Shown piece after piece: positions 10,106 through 18,931 of a DNA stretch of 64,000 nt. The notes under the pieces were generated by a model that was given only the letters and a program-made list of their open reading frames with translations, ran no database searches and was not told the origin of the DNA. The stretch is taken from positions 512,001 to 576,000 of the forward strand of contig CBDBIB010000001.1 in the NCBI GenBank assembly GCA_965205945.1, in the 5' to 3' direction. The stretch comes from Bdellovibrionales bacterium (GTDB lineage: Bacteria; Bdellovibrionota; Bdellovibrionia; Bdellovibrionales; UBA1609). Position 1 is the stretch's first letter; every line of letters begins with the position of its first letter. The position numbers and the translations under genes are program-made.

Positions 10106-10430
10106 CCATCCATATTAATAACTTTAAAAGTATTCCAACCAGAGATGTTAGGGAGTTACTAAAGCTTCATTACTCAATGCATATGGCTCATATTAGTAAC
10201 ATGTGTAGTTAAGTCGCCATTAACAAGAGTTAAGTTCTTTTACCTATTTCTTATATATTTATTCTGCTTAATCCTATCTCATTGTTAAGCAGTGACACAA
10301 TTTAATTTACAGGCCCGATTTTTTCAGAAAAATCTAACTATTTAAACGCTCTAATTCCTAAGATTACCTAGTTTTATCTGCAAAATAGATAAGACTAGAC
10401 CCTTTAAACCTAATATGCTCAAATTATCAC

Positions 10431-11897
10431 GTGTTTATAAAATCTTTTTTATTTTTATCTCTATTATATTTCACTTTAGCAAATGCTGATGTTTCCATTA
10501 AACAAGTGAACGGAGCCTCAAAAATTATCGGAATAGACCCTCCAACAGAAGTCTGGGGTGTTTTTGTGGGAACCTATAAGATTAGTGAGACTAGTACCTA
10601 TAGCAACTGTCCATTTTCCCTCCTAGATGACACCACTAATGGAACAACTGGAACACCCGACCCCCAAAACCCTAACGTTGGAACTTTTCACGGTTGTCAT
10701 GAAAATAGAGTAAACGGCAGTTCCGTTATCTCAATTCAATTTACAGAAAGCGATGAAATTTCAAACTTAAGGGCATATGCTGTTATCAACCCTCCTTTAG
10801 AAAGCACAGGCGCTACAAATAAAAAAATTAGTGAAAGCCTTAATACTGTTTCAGGCTTTAACCAAACTGAGACTGTTACTTTTACATGGAGAGAACTTTG
10901 TCAACAAATAAAAATAAACTCCTTAACATATGCAACTTTTAGAGAAGATACTCAAACTTGCAACGCAAATGGCTCTTTAACTATTGCTGTTGGGTTTGGA
11001 ACTTCACATACAGATTTAATCTCAACAAAATCTATCACCTTTAACCTATACTCCCCAAATCCTGCTCTTGGAGTTATAATAAAGCCTGCTGTTTGTGGAA
11101 GCCCTGTGGGTAATGAGTTTGGCTTTTGTGATTTAGCTATCGTACCTGGGGATGAAGGTGGGTACCTTTATGCAGATACAGACGCTGTTCATCAAAACAA
11201 GCTTCATCAAGCAAGTTTTTCTATTAATACTTTTGACTCTTATGGAAATAGCCTCACTCTTACAAATAATGTTGAAGGCATGAGAATTTTTGTCTCACCG
11301 ACTAGCTTCATAGATGCCCAGCCTAATGTTCCTTCCACCACCACTCATGATTTTACCATTTCAAATATATCTTTAAATATTGCGTCCTTTGAAAATAATA
11401 AGTTTAGTGGCCTTAAAAATAGCACTATAGAAAAACCCTTATCTTATTACGTCAGAGCTTCCACTATAGATTCAAGTGGCACTATCTCTCAACTAATGGG
11501 TGATAGCTACTGCCCAGGGGGAATTTGCAACGAATTTAAAATCTCTCCAAGTCAAGTTGCAGGAATCATCTCTGAAAACTCTTGTTTTATAACCACTGCA
11601 ACTTATGGCTCTGACCAAGCTTACCAGGTTAATTTTTTTAAAGCCTTTAGAAAGAAATTTTTGTTTACTAATAGCTTTGGTCGTAAGATTATTCTTCTTT
11701 ACAACACTTACGGCCCCATAGGAGCTGATTGGATCCGGACACACCCTTTCAGTCAAAAGTATATTCGTATACTTCTTTACCCTTTTTACGGTTTTGCTTA
11801 TTTAAGTGTTCGTTTTAGTATTTTTTTAGCACTCTTAATTTATTTGAATCTAGCTTTCCTCCTCTTTAGTTTGATAAAACGCAAGGTCTTTGAGTAA
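10431..11897 (+). CDS. Cys-rich secreted protein with C-terminal CFI-box-CTERM domain and membrane anchor
   Basis: Signal peptide; CFITTATYGS...FRKKFL...FGR...YNTYGP.GADWI; terminal TM helix plus KRK. Confidence 0.8.
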   Translation: MFIKSFLFLSLLYFTLANADVSIKQVNGASKIIGIDPPTEVWGVFVGTYKISETSTYSNCPFSLLDDTTNGTTGTPDPQNPNVGTFHGCHENRVNGSSVISIQFTESDEISNLRAYAVINPPLESTGATNKKISESLNTVSGFNQTETVTFTWRELCQQIKINSLTYATFREDTQTCNANGSLTIAVGFGTSHTDLISTKSITFNLYSPNPALGVIIKPAVCGSPVGNEFGFCDLAIVPGDEGGYLYADTDAVHQNKLHQASFSINTFDSYGNSLTLTNNVEGMRIFVSPTSFIDAQPNVPSTTTHDFTISNISLNIASFENNKFSGLKNSTIEKPLSYYVRASTIDSSGTISQLMGDSYCPGGICNEFKISPSQVAGIISENSCFITTATYGSDQAYQVNFFKAFRKKFLFTNSFGRKIILLYNTYGPIGADWIRTHPFSQKYIRILLYPFYGFAYLSVRFSIFLALLIYLNLAFLLFSLIKRKVFE

Positions 11898-11904
11898 AAT
11901 ATAA

Positions 11905-12828
11905 ATGTCTATAAAACTACTACTTATTATTTTTAACGCTTACTTAGTTTTTTCTAGTGATCTTGTTAAACCTAAAAAAGTTAGTTTGGCTAACGATAAT
12001 TTTCTAATAAAAGCTAGCAATAATAATAAATTTAAGCCCCAAAAACCTATAACTACACCCCTTAGTATAAATACCTATCTTAAAAAAACACAAAAACTAA
12101 ACACTAACACTCAAATCATCATCGCTAGAAATGAAAAATACATCTACCATCCTAATCAAGAAAAAGGCCTTTATAAAATCACTCGCGAAAATGAATACAA
12201 ATACAAGTACAAAAAGTCTCCTCTTAATGGCTTTATTCACATAAAAGGCGGAAGCCTTAGCCTTGCAAACTTTCCGGCTAAAAGTTCTAAAATAAAATTT
12301 AATGACCTTTATAATTCAAACTCTATAGCAACAGCTTACTTTGAATATGAGTGGCAGCCCTTTAAAAAACACCGTTCTTTAAGCTTAAATACCGGCCTTG
12401 GCGTTTCATACGCTCAAGGACAAGGCCGCTTTATTGGCGCAGAAAACGTTAATATTAACCATAAGGCTCAAGAAGAATACACCTTTATACTTTTTCCCCT
12501 AAGTGTGGGCTTAGTTTACAAATTTAAGTTTACAAACGATCAATTATTTCTCCCTTTTGCAATTGGAGCTATTGATTATAATTTAGCAGCTGAATTTAGA
12601 AAGAACTTTAACGCCTTTAAGTATGCTGGAATACTTGGAGCTCACTGGGGAGGAGGTGTTTTATTAAACCTAGGTTGGCTTGAAAAAGCTTCTGCACTAG
12701 AGCTCGATAAAGAGTTTGGTATCAATAACACTTACATCTCTTTAGAAGGACGATACGTTATAAGTTTTTATGATGATAAAGACATCAATGGTTTTATACT
12801 TCTTGCAGGGTTAAGCTTTGAGTACTAA
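11905..12828 (+). CDS. Outer-membrane beta-barrel protein
   Basis: Signal peptide, alternating amphipathic strands, C-terminal GLSFEY beta-signal. Confidence 0.75.
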   Translation: MSIKLLLIIFNAYLVFSSDLVKPKKVSLANDNFLIKASNNNKFKPQKPITTPLSINTYLKKTQKLNTNTQIIIARNEKYIYHPNQEKGLYKITRENEYKYKYKKSPLNGFIHIKGGSLSLANFPAKSSKIKFNDLYNSNSIATAYFEYEWQPFKKHRSLSLNTGLGVSYAQGQGRFIGAENVNINHKAQEEYTFILFPLSVGLVYKFKFTNDQLFLPFAIGAIDYNLAAEFRKNFNAFKYAGILGAHWGGGVLLNLGWLEKASALELDKEFGINNTYISLEGRYVISFYDDKDINGFILLAGLSFEY

Positions 12829-12837
12829 GTAAGTTTT

Positions 12838-13617
12838 ATGATACGAATAAGGCTTCACATTTCATATGATGGCACTAATTACCTTGGTTGGCAGAAACAA
12901 AATAAACAAGAAGGCCTCACCATTCAAGGAGAGCTTGAAAAAGCGATAATAAGCCTTACAGGAGAAACCTCTTTAACAACTGGCGCAGGAAGAACTGATG
13001 CCGGAGCCCACGCCGATGAGCAAGTTGTTCATTTTGACATTAAAAATAATCTTAACCGCTTTGACTGGGTTAGGGGTTTAAATAGATTTTTACCAGAACC
13101 CATAAGAGTTCAAACAGCTTTTTATGCCCCCCCCCATTTTCATGCTTTACATGACAGTATTTCAAAAACTTATATCTACAGCCTTCAAGACGGCTCCTCT
13201 AAAAACCCATTAACTTCAAAGTATTCCCACTGGATTTCAAGTTCTGTAAATATAACTTACTTAAATACTCTTAGCGCCTGCTTCGTTGGTGAGCATGATT
13301 TTAAATCTTTTCAAACAACAGGAACTCCTATGGCTACAACTATTCGAGAAATTTATAAATTTAAATGGACTCAAACTTCTAAAACAAGCCTTCAAGCACA
13401 TATTGTAGGAAATGGATTTTTAAAGCAGATGATTCGAAATATGGTTGGAACTCTTTTACACCAGTATTGGCTTAAACCCCTATCTCAGAAGCAAATTAAG
13501 GGGATTTTGGAAAAAAAAGACCGATCCAAAGCTTTTGGCACTGCTCCAGCCCATGGACTTCGCCTTCATAAAGTTAAATACCCTGTAGAACTTGACAAAA
13601 AGTGTATCAAATCATAA
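12838..13617 (+). CDS. truA: tRNA pseudouridine(38-40) synthase
   Basis: YDGTNYLGWQKQ, GAGRTDAGAHA, GEHDFKSF, GFLKQMIRNMVG. Confidence 0.96.
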   Translation: MIRIRLHISYDGTNYLGWQKQNKQEGLTIQGELEKAIISLTGETSLTTGAGRTDAGAHADEQVVHFDIKNNLNRFDWVRGLNRFLPEPIRVQTAFYAPPHFHALHDSISKTYIYSLQDGSSKNPLTSKYSHWISSSVNITYLNTLSACFVGEHDFKSFQTTGTPMATTIREIYKFKWTQTSKTSLQAHIVGNGFLKQMIRNMVGTLLHQYWLKPLSQKQIKGILEKKDRSKAFGTAPAHGLRLHKVKYPVELDKKCIKS

Positions 13618-13692
13618 ATCATAACTTAATTTTAACTTACAAATTTAGACTTTAAAACTATGTGTTTTAAAGCTATATAATGACAGGAACAT

Positions 13693-14130
13693 ATGAAAAC
13701 TTGGACCGCAAAACCAAATGAAATAAAAAGAAAGTGGTGGGTTGTTGATGCCACAGGAAAAACTCTAGGTAGACTTTCAACAGAAATAGCACAAACTCTT
13801 AGAGGAAAGAATAAACCTGAGTTTACACCCCATGTTGATGTAGGTGATTTTGTTGTGGTTATTAATTCTAAAAAAGTTAAAATTAATGGAAATAAGGCTG
13901 AACAAAAAACTTATTTCAGGCATACAGGATATTTTGGTGGGATTAAAGAAACTTCTTATAAAGAAATGCTTAAAAATCACCCTGATAGGATCATTATAAA
14001 CGCCGTTAAAGGCATGCTTCCAAAGAATATTCTTTCTTCACAGGTCATTAAAAAACTAAAGGTTTATGCTGACTCTAAACACCCACACTCAGCTCAAAAG
14101 CCTGAATTACTTACACTTAAGGAGCTTTAA
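13693..14130 (+). CDS. rplM: 50S ribosomal protein L13
   Basis: WWVVDA.GKTLGRL, LRGKNKPEFTPHVDVGD, HPHSAQKP. Confidence 0.98.
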   Translation: MKTWTAKPNEIKRKWWVVDATGKTLGRLSTEIAQTLRGKNKPEFTPHVDVGDFVVVINSKKVKINGNKAEQKTYFRHTGYFGGIKETSYKEMLKNHPDRIIINAVKGMLPKNILSSQVIKKLKVYADSKHPHSAQKPELLTLKEL

Positions 14131-14133
14131 TTT

Positions 14134-14523
14134 ATGTCTGAAGTTTTTTACGCAACAGGAAGAAGAAAGACTAGTGCTGCAAGAGTTTTCTTGAAAACAG
14201 GAACTGGAAAAATTACCATTAATGGCAAAAAATTAGAAGATTACGTGGTTGATCCAGTTAAAAGACAACTTGTTCTTCAGCCATTTCAAGTCACTAGCAC
14301 TAAAGATCAATTTGATGCTTTTATAACTGTTAACGGTGGTGGACTTACTGGACAAGCTGGTGCTGTAAGACACGGTATATCAAGAGCACTTTCTGGAGCT
14401 GATAAAACTCATAGACCTTCTCTTAAAGCTGTTGGTCTTCTTACTCGTGACCCAAGAATGGTTGAAAGAAAAAAGTACGGTTTACATAAGGCAAGAAAGG
14501 CCACTCAATTTTCAAAACGTTAG
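14134..14523 (+). CDS. rpsI: 30S ribosomal protein S9
   Basis: [43 protein letters not shown]. Confidence 0.98.
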   Translation: MSEVFYATGRRKTSAARVFLKTGTGKITINGKKLEDYVVDPVKRQLVLQPFQVTSTKDQFDAFITVNGGGLTGQAGAVRHGISRALSGADKTHRPSLKAVGLLTRDPRMVERKKYGLHKARKATQFSKR

Positions 14524-14596
14524 CCTTACCCACATTTTATAAAACTGTAATGTTACACAAAATAAATATTAATAAAATATCAACTAAGGATGAAAA

Positions 14597-15598
14597 ATGT
14601 TAAATACAATAAAAATAGCAGCAATCACAATATTATTTTGCACCGGGTGCACAGACAACAGCTCAAAGGAACCTATTTTTACCATCGGCACTGGTGGAGT
14701 TTCTGCAACCTATTACCCAATTGGTGGGGTGATTGCAAATGCAATTTCTAACCCACCTGACTCTCGCCCCTGTAAGGAAGGTGGATCTTGTGGTGTACCC
14801 AACCTAATTGCATCAGCCGTATCCTCGCGTGGTTCAGTTGATAACATTAATGCCATTAGTTCCGGCCTTCGAAACTCAGGTTTTGTCCAATCAGACGTAA
14901 CCTTTTGGGCCTATACTGGAACTGGCACAATGCAAGATCAACCTCCCTCTAAAAATCTACGCGCCATTGCTTCCTTGTTTCTAGAGCACATCCACCTTAT
15001 TACCCTTAATAATAGTGGCATCGATACAATTGCTGATCTTGCAGGCAAACGTGTATCATTAGATGAACCTGGTTCAGGCACCCGAGTTGATGCTAACCTC
15101 ATCCTTAAAGCAAATAATCTAGCTGCTGATAGCTTTATTCCAAAAGCCCTAAACTCCAGTGACGCAATTAAAGCTTTAATAAACGATGAAATCGATGCTT
15201 TCTTCTTCGTTGGTGGTTATCCCATCAACTCAATTACAGAACTAGCAGAAAACAACTCCATCAAGCTTGTTCCCATTGATGGTGAAGGAGCTAATACACT
15301 GATTGATGAATATGGCTTTTTCTCAATCTCTAATATACCAGCAAATACTTATCAGGGAATTACTACTTCCACCGCTACCGTTGCCGTTGGCGCGCAATGG
15401 ATTACTAGTGACAAAGAATCTGAAGAACTCATCTATAATATCACTAAAGCTCTGTGGAATAATAATACCCGCCTACTTTTGGATAATGGCCATATTAAAG
15501 GTCGATCCATCACTCTTCAAACTGCATTAGAAGGCATCTCCATTCCTCTACACCCAGGTGCTAAAAAGTTTTACCTTGAAGTTGGTGTAACCCAATAA
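14597..15598 (+). CDS. TAXI-family TRAP solute-binding protein, probably lipid-anchored
   Basis: IGTGG..ATYYPIG, GSVDN, QSDV, GKRVSLDEPGSGT, IPLHPGAKKFY; N-terminal ILFCTGC. Confidence 0.9.
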   Translation: MLNTIKIAAITILFCTGCTDNSSKEPIFTIGTGGVSATYYPIGGVIANAISNPPDSRPCKEGGSCGVPNLIASAVSSRGSVDNINAISSGLRNSGFVQSDVTFWAYTGTGTMQDQPPSKNLRAIASLFLEHIHLITLNNSGIDTIADLAGKRVSLDEPGSGTRVDANLILKANNLAADSFIPKALNSSDAIKALINDEIDAFFFVGGYPINSITELAENNSIKLVPIDGEGANTLIDEYGFFSISNIPANTYQGITTSTATVAVGAQWITSDKESEELIYNITKALWNNNTRLLLDNGHIKGRSITLQTALEGISIPLHPGAKKFYLEVGVTQ

Positions 15599-16008
15599 CT
15601 CCTTCTTAACGCCTACTTTTAAAAAAACTATTAGTTTTTAATAATACGTTTATAATGTTCATAGCCAGTTAACTTTGAGGAGAGTTAGCTTAAAGCATAA
15701 CGAACTAAAAAAATATTGCAAAAAATGTTAGAAAGCCACTAGGGGTTTATGACAATTCTGGTAGTTATAAAACTAGCTCACGCTTACCTTTTACTAAAAC
15801 TATTCTAAATGGGATTTTTATACAACGGGAAGTACGATAAACTATAAATCAAAAGATTTTAAAATAAACAGTATAGCTGCGAATTTTGGCTTGAATTATA
15901 TTTGGCAATTGTTAAACAATTACTCTTTAAGCTTTTCTAAAATAAATATTAAATTAAAAAGAATGCCCTAAATAATCACAAAACCAAAGTTTATAAAATA
16001 AAATTTGG

Positions 16009-17013
16009 TTAATTTGATAAAATATATTTTTCTGGGTTCACAGGGATACCGTTTAAACGAACTTCATAATGTAGATGAGGACCAGAAGATCTTCCTGTAT
16101 TCCCCACTTCCGCAATCTTATCCCATCTAGAAATTTTTTGCCCAGTCTTAACATGCAACCTTGATGTATGTGCAAAGCGAGTGACTAAACCATAACCATG
16201 ATCAATAGAAACAATTTTACCGTAACCACCCTCTCTACCTGCAAAAGAAACTACCCCATCTGCAGGAGCATAAATGGGAGTTCCTATATTTGCAGCAAAA
16301 TCTAAGCCTCTATGAAATTTCCTATTTTTGGTAAATGGATCTATTCTATAGCCGAAACCTGAAGACAGCCAACCACCTGTAGGCCGTACACTTGGTGTTG
16401 CTCCCAGCAAATCCCTTTGTGATGCAATTCTTTCAAATAAAAGCATTATTTCTCTTTCAACTTTTCTCGCCCTAATAGAAGTTTTTTCAAAGCTTAATGT
16501 TAAATCAGCTTGATCTAAAGGATTCATAAATGAATACGTTGTTTTACTTGTTTTAAATACCGGAAACCATGATTTCTTTCTTTTTTTCTTTAAAACCCTA
16601 TCTTCCAAATTCTGAGTAGTCAGACTAGAAGGGTTTCGCTCATCAACTTCTTGAATCAGTGGTGTGCCTAGACTTAACTCAAGTTGATTCTTATTTTTTT
16701 CACCTGTTGCTGTAATAGCGTGAAGCTTTCTTGAAAATCTATTGATTTTTTCTAAATCAACTTGAACTGCCTCCATTTTCTCAGCATAACTCTTTACTTG
16801 GCTCTTTAGATCTTCATTTTGAACTTTTAAAAATTTACCCCTAGATTCTTTAAGCAGTAACTGAGAATAGTCAAAAACCACAAAACTTAAAAGCCCACCT
16901 CCAAGAAAACTAAGTCCTATTAGAAAAGACAACCAGACCTTAGAAAATGTAAATGAATGTGTTTGTAGCTTGTTATCTGATGTGATTACTACTGTAATTT
17001 GCTCTTGTGACAT
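16009..17013 (-). CDS. M23 family metallopeptidase with TM helix and coiled coil
   Basis: HRGLDFAA, AH, GNTGRSSGPHLHYEV. Confidence 0.93.
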   Translation of the reverse strand: MSQEQITVVITSDNKLQTHSFTFSKVWLSFLIGLSFLGGGLLSFVVFDYSQLLLKESRGKFLKVQNEDLKSQVKSYAEKMEAVQVDLEKINRFSRKLHAITATGEKNKNQLELSLGTPLIQEVDERNPSSLTTQNLEDRVLKKKRKKSWFPVFKTSKTTYSFMNPLDQADLTLSFEKTSIRARKVEREIMLLFERIASQRDLLGATPSVRPTGGWLSSGFGYRIDPFTKNRKFHRGLDFAANIGTPIYAPADGVVSFAGREGGYGKIVSIDHGYGLVTRFAHTSRLHVKTGQKISRWDKIAEVGNTGRSSGPHLHYEVRLNGIPVNPEKYILSN

Positions 17014-17033
17014 GTGCTTCTACCCTGCGCCAA

Positions 17034-17765
17034 TCATGATTCAACCTCGATAAAAAGGCAAGTCACATTGTCATCTCCCCCATTCTTATTGGCTTCTAAG
17101 ATAGCTTCATCTACAAAAGTACCTGTTGGTCTAGTCAAAAGACAATTCTGAATCCATTCATTTTTGACCAAACCATAAAGCCCATCTGAACAAAGTATAT
17201 ATTTCTCACCCACTTCAAGGTGCTTACAAAAAATATCTACATTAACCTCTAAAGCAAAGCCAATACTTCTTGTAATAACATTCTTACCCGATATGCTCTC
17301 TAAATCAACCTCTTGAATAAGCCCCGCCCTTAACTGCTCATTAACCCAAGAGTGATCTTCAGTGATCTGCCATAAGAATTCCTTTTTAAAAACATAGGCT
17401 CTAGAATCTCCAACATTTGCAATATATGCGGTTTTTTCATAAATAAAAAGAGCTACCATAGTAGTTCCCATATCATTAAGATCATCTTCACCAGGCTTAT
17501 TAGCCTCTAAATAAACAGATTTTGTTGCTTCCTTAAAACCCTTCCTTAAAAGCTCCATTGGATTACGAACACCTGAAGCTACACCCTCTTTAACTACGCT
17601 CTGAATGACCTGACAGGCTATTCTAGAGGCCACCTCTCCCCCTTTGTGTCCACCCATACCATCTGCCACAACAAAAAGCTTATTTTTTGAGTCAATCAAA
17701 ATGTTATCTTGATTGATTTTTCGTTTTTGACCAATATCAGTTTTTCCAAATACTTTTAAACGCAT
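17034..17765 (-). CDS. PP2C-type Ser/Thr protein phosphatase
   Basis: TDIG..RKINQD, VADGMGGH, NVGDSR, CSDGL, GGDDNVT; start moved to ATG 17765. Confidence 0.93.
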   Translation of the reverse strand: MRLKVFGKTDIGQKRKINQDNILIDSKNKLFVVADGMGGHKGGEVASRIACQVIQSVVKEGVASGVRNPMELLRKGFKEATKSVYLEANKPGEDDLNDMGTTMVALFIYEKTAYIANVGDSRAYVFKKEFLWQITEDHSWVNEQLRAGLIQEVDLESISGKNVITRSIGFALEVNVDIFCKHLEVGEKYILCSDGLYGLVKNEWIQNCLLTRPTGTFVDEAILEANKNGGDDNVTCLFIEVES

Positions 17766-17819
17766 AGTGTAAAGATTAGAGGAATATTGTAACCTTTCCA
17801 AGTGAGAAAAACTCGCCTT

Positions 17820-17845
17820 TAAAAGAGTTCTATTGTATCCGATAC
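17820..17845 (+). promoter_or_regulatory. Possible sigma28 promoter of the TonB-family gene
   Basis: TAAA-N14-TCCGATAC immediately before the start codon. Confidence 0.35.
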
Positions 17846-17853
17846 TATAATTG

Positions 17854-18804
17854 ATGAAAAAAGATGCCAAAAAACTGTTTTTATTAATACTAGCCTCAAT
17901 AACTCTGCATTTAAGCGTTTTCTACACTCTTGTTTTTTTAAGTGATTTTATTCTCTATAAAGAAATAAACAGGCTTCTTAATCATAAAATTGTAGATAAA
18001 ACTAAAGACCTTTCCACACAAATTCAGCTTGTAGATATAGATAAAAAACAAGTTGTCGACCAAAGCAAAAATTCTATTAATAACACCCCTCCTCTAAAAG
18101 ATACAAAGTTTTTAAGTATTAATGATCAAACTGTACAAAAAGAATCTCAAGCTCGTCAAAACGGAGCCTTTCAAAATAGCAGGCAACGACCTTTGAGTGC
18201 ATCAATAAAGAACACTGCTTTAATGATTTCAGCAGAAGAGCTTTTATTAAACTCAACTTTTTTTAAAACAACAGACACCATAAAAAAAGACCTCGCCTTA
18301 AAGGGACTTAAAAGCTCATTAAATAAAAACACCCTTGCACAACACAAAATGAAATTTATAAAAAAACTCTCCTCCCAAGACACCACTAAAGCTCTACAGA
18401 CTACAGGTCCAAGTCAAACCGATGATTTTTTAGAAAATATTAAAAAATCTGAATTTACCTTTTTAAATACTCGTAGAACACAGTATTTTTCTTTTTATTC
18501 TAGAATTAAAACTCAACTACGAAGTCATTGGAATCCGTTAATACGTGAGGAGGTCTCTTTTATTTATACAACTAAACAAAACCCTTCTTCCATTGGTAAA
18601 AAGAAAACTTCTGTGCAAATTACTCTTGATAAAGACGGCTACTTAGAAGAAATTGCTCTTTTAAAAACCTCTGGTAGCAAAGCTATTGATACCGCAGCCA
18701 TTAAAGCCCTTCGATTAGCAGCCCCTTTTCCAAACCCACCAAAAGGAATGCTTGAAAAAGATAAGAAAATTCGCATTTTTTGGGATTTCGTGTTAGAAAC
18801 ATAA
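17854..18804 (+). CDS. TonB/TolA-family energy transducer (TonB C-terminal domain)
   Basis: N-terminal TM with SxxLH motif (SITLH); C-terminal TSG..AID.AAI.AL..AAPFPNPP. Confidence 0.85.
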   Translation: MKKDAKKLFLLILASITLHLSVFYTLVFLSDFILYKEINRLLNHKIVDKTKDLSTQIQLVDIDKKQVVDQSKNSINNTPPLKDTKFLSINDQTVQKESQARQNGAFQNSRQRPLSASIKNTALMISAEELLLNSTFFKTTDTIKKDLALKGLKSSLNKNTLAQHKMKFIKKLSSQDTTKALQTTGPSQTDDFLENIKKSEFTFLNTRRTQYFSFYSRIKTQLRSHWNPLIREEVSFIYTTKQNPSSIGKKKTSVQITLDKDGYLEEIALLKTSGSKAIDTAAIKALRLAAPFPNPPKGMLEKDKKIRIFWDFVLET

Positions 18805-18931
18805 ACAGTGTTTTAAACCTTAAACTCATATAACCTTTTTTAAAAATTTTAAAGAAAAATACAAAGATTGACTTCACTACCACTTACCGTTTGGATACTT
18901 TCTTACTGGTGAAAAACATGGAGAATATAAT

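Noticed and set aside
15798..15905. Possible pseudogene scrap (NYSKWDFYTTGSTINYKSKDFKINSIAANFGLNYIW) resembling beta-barrel strands
   Set aside because: Short, preceded by a stop, no start; cannot be distinguished from chance without a search
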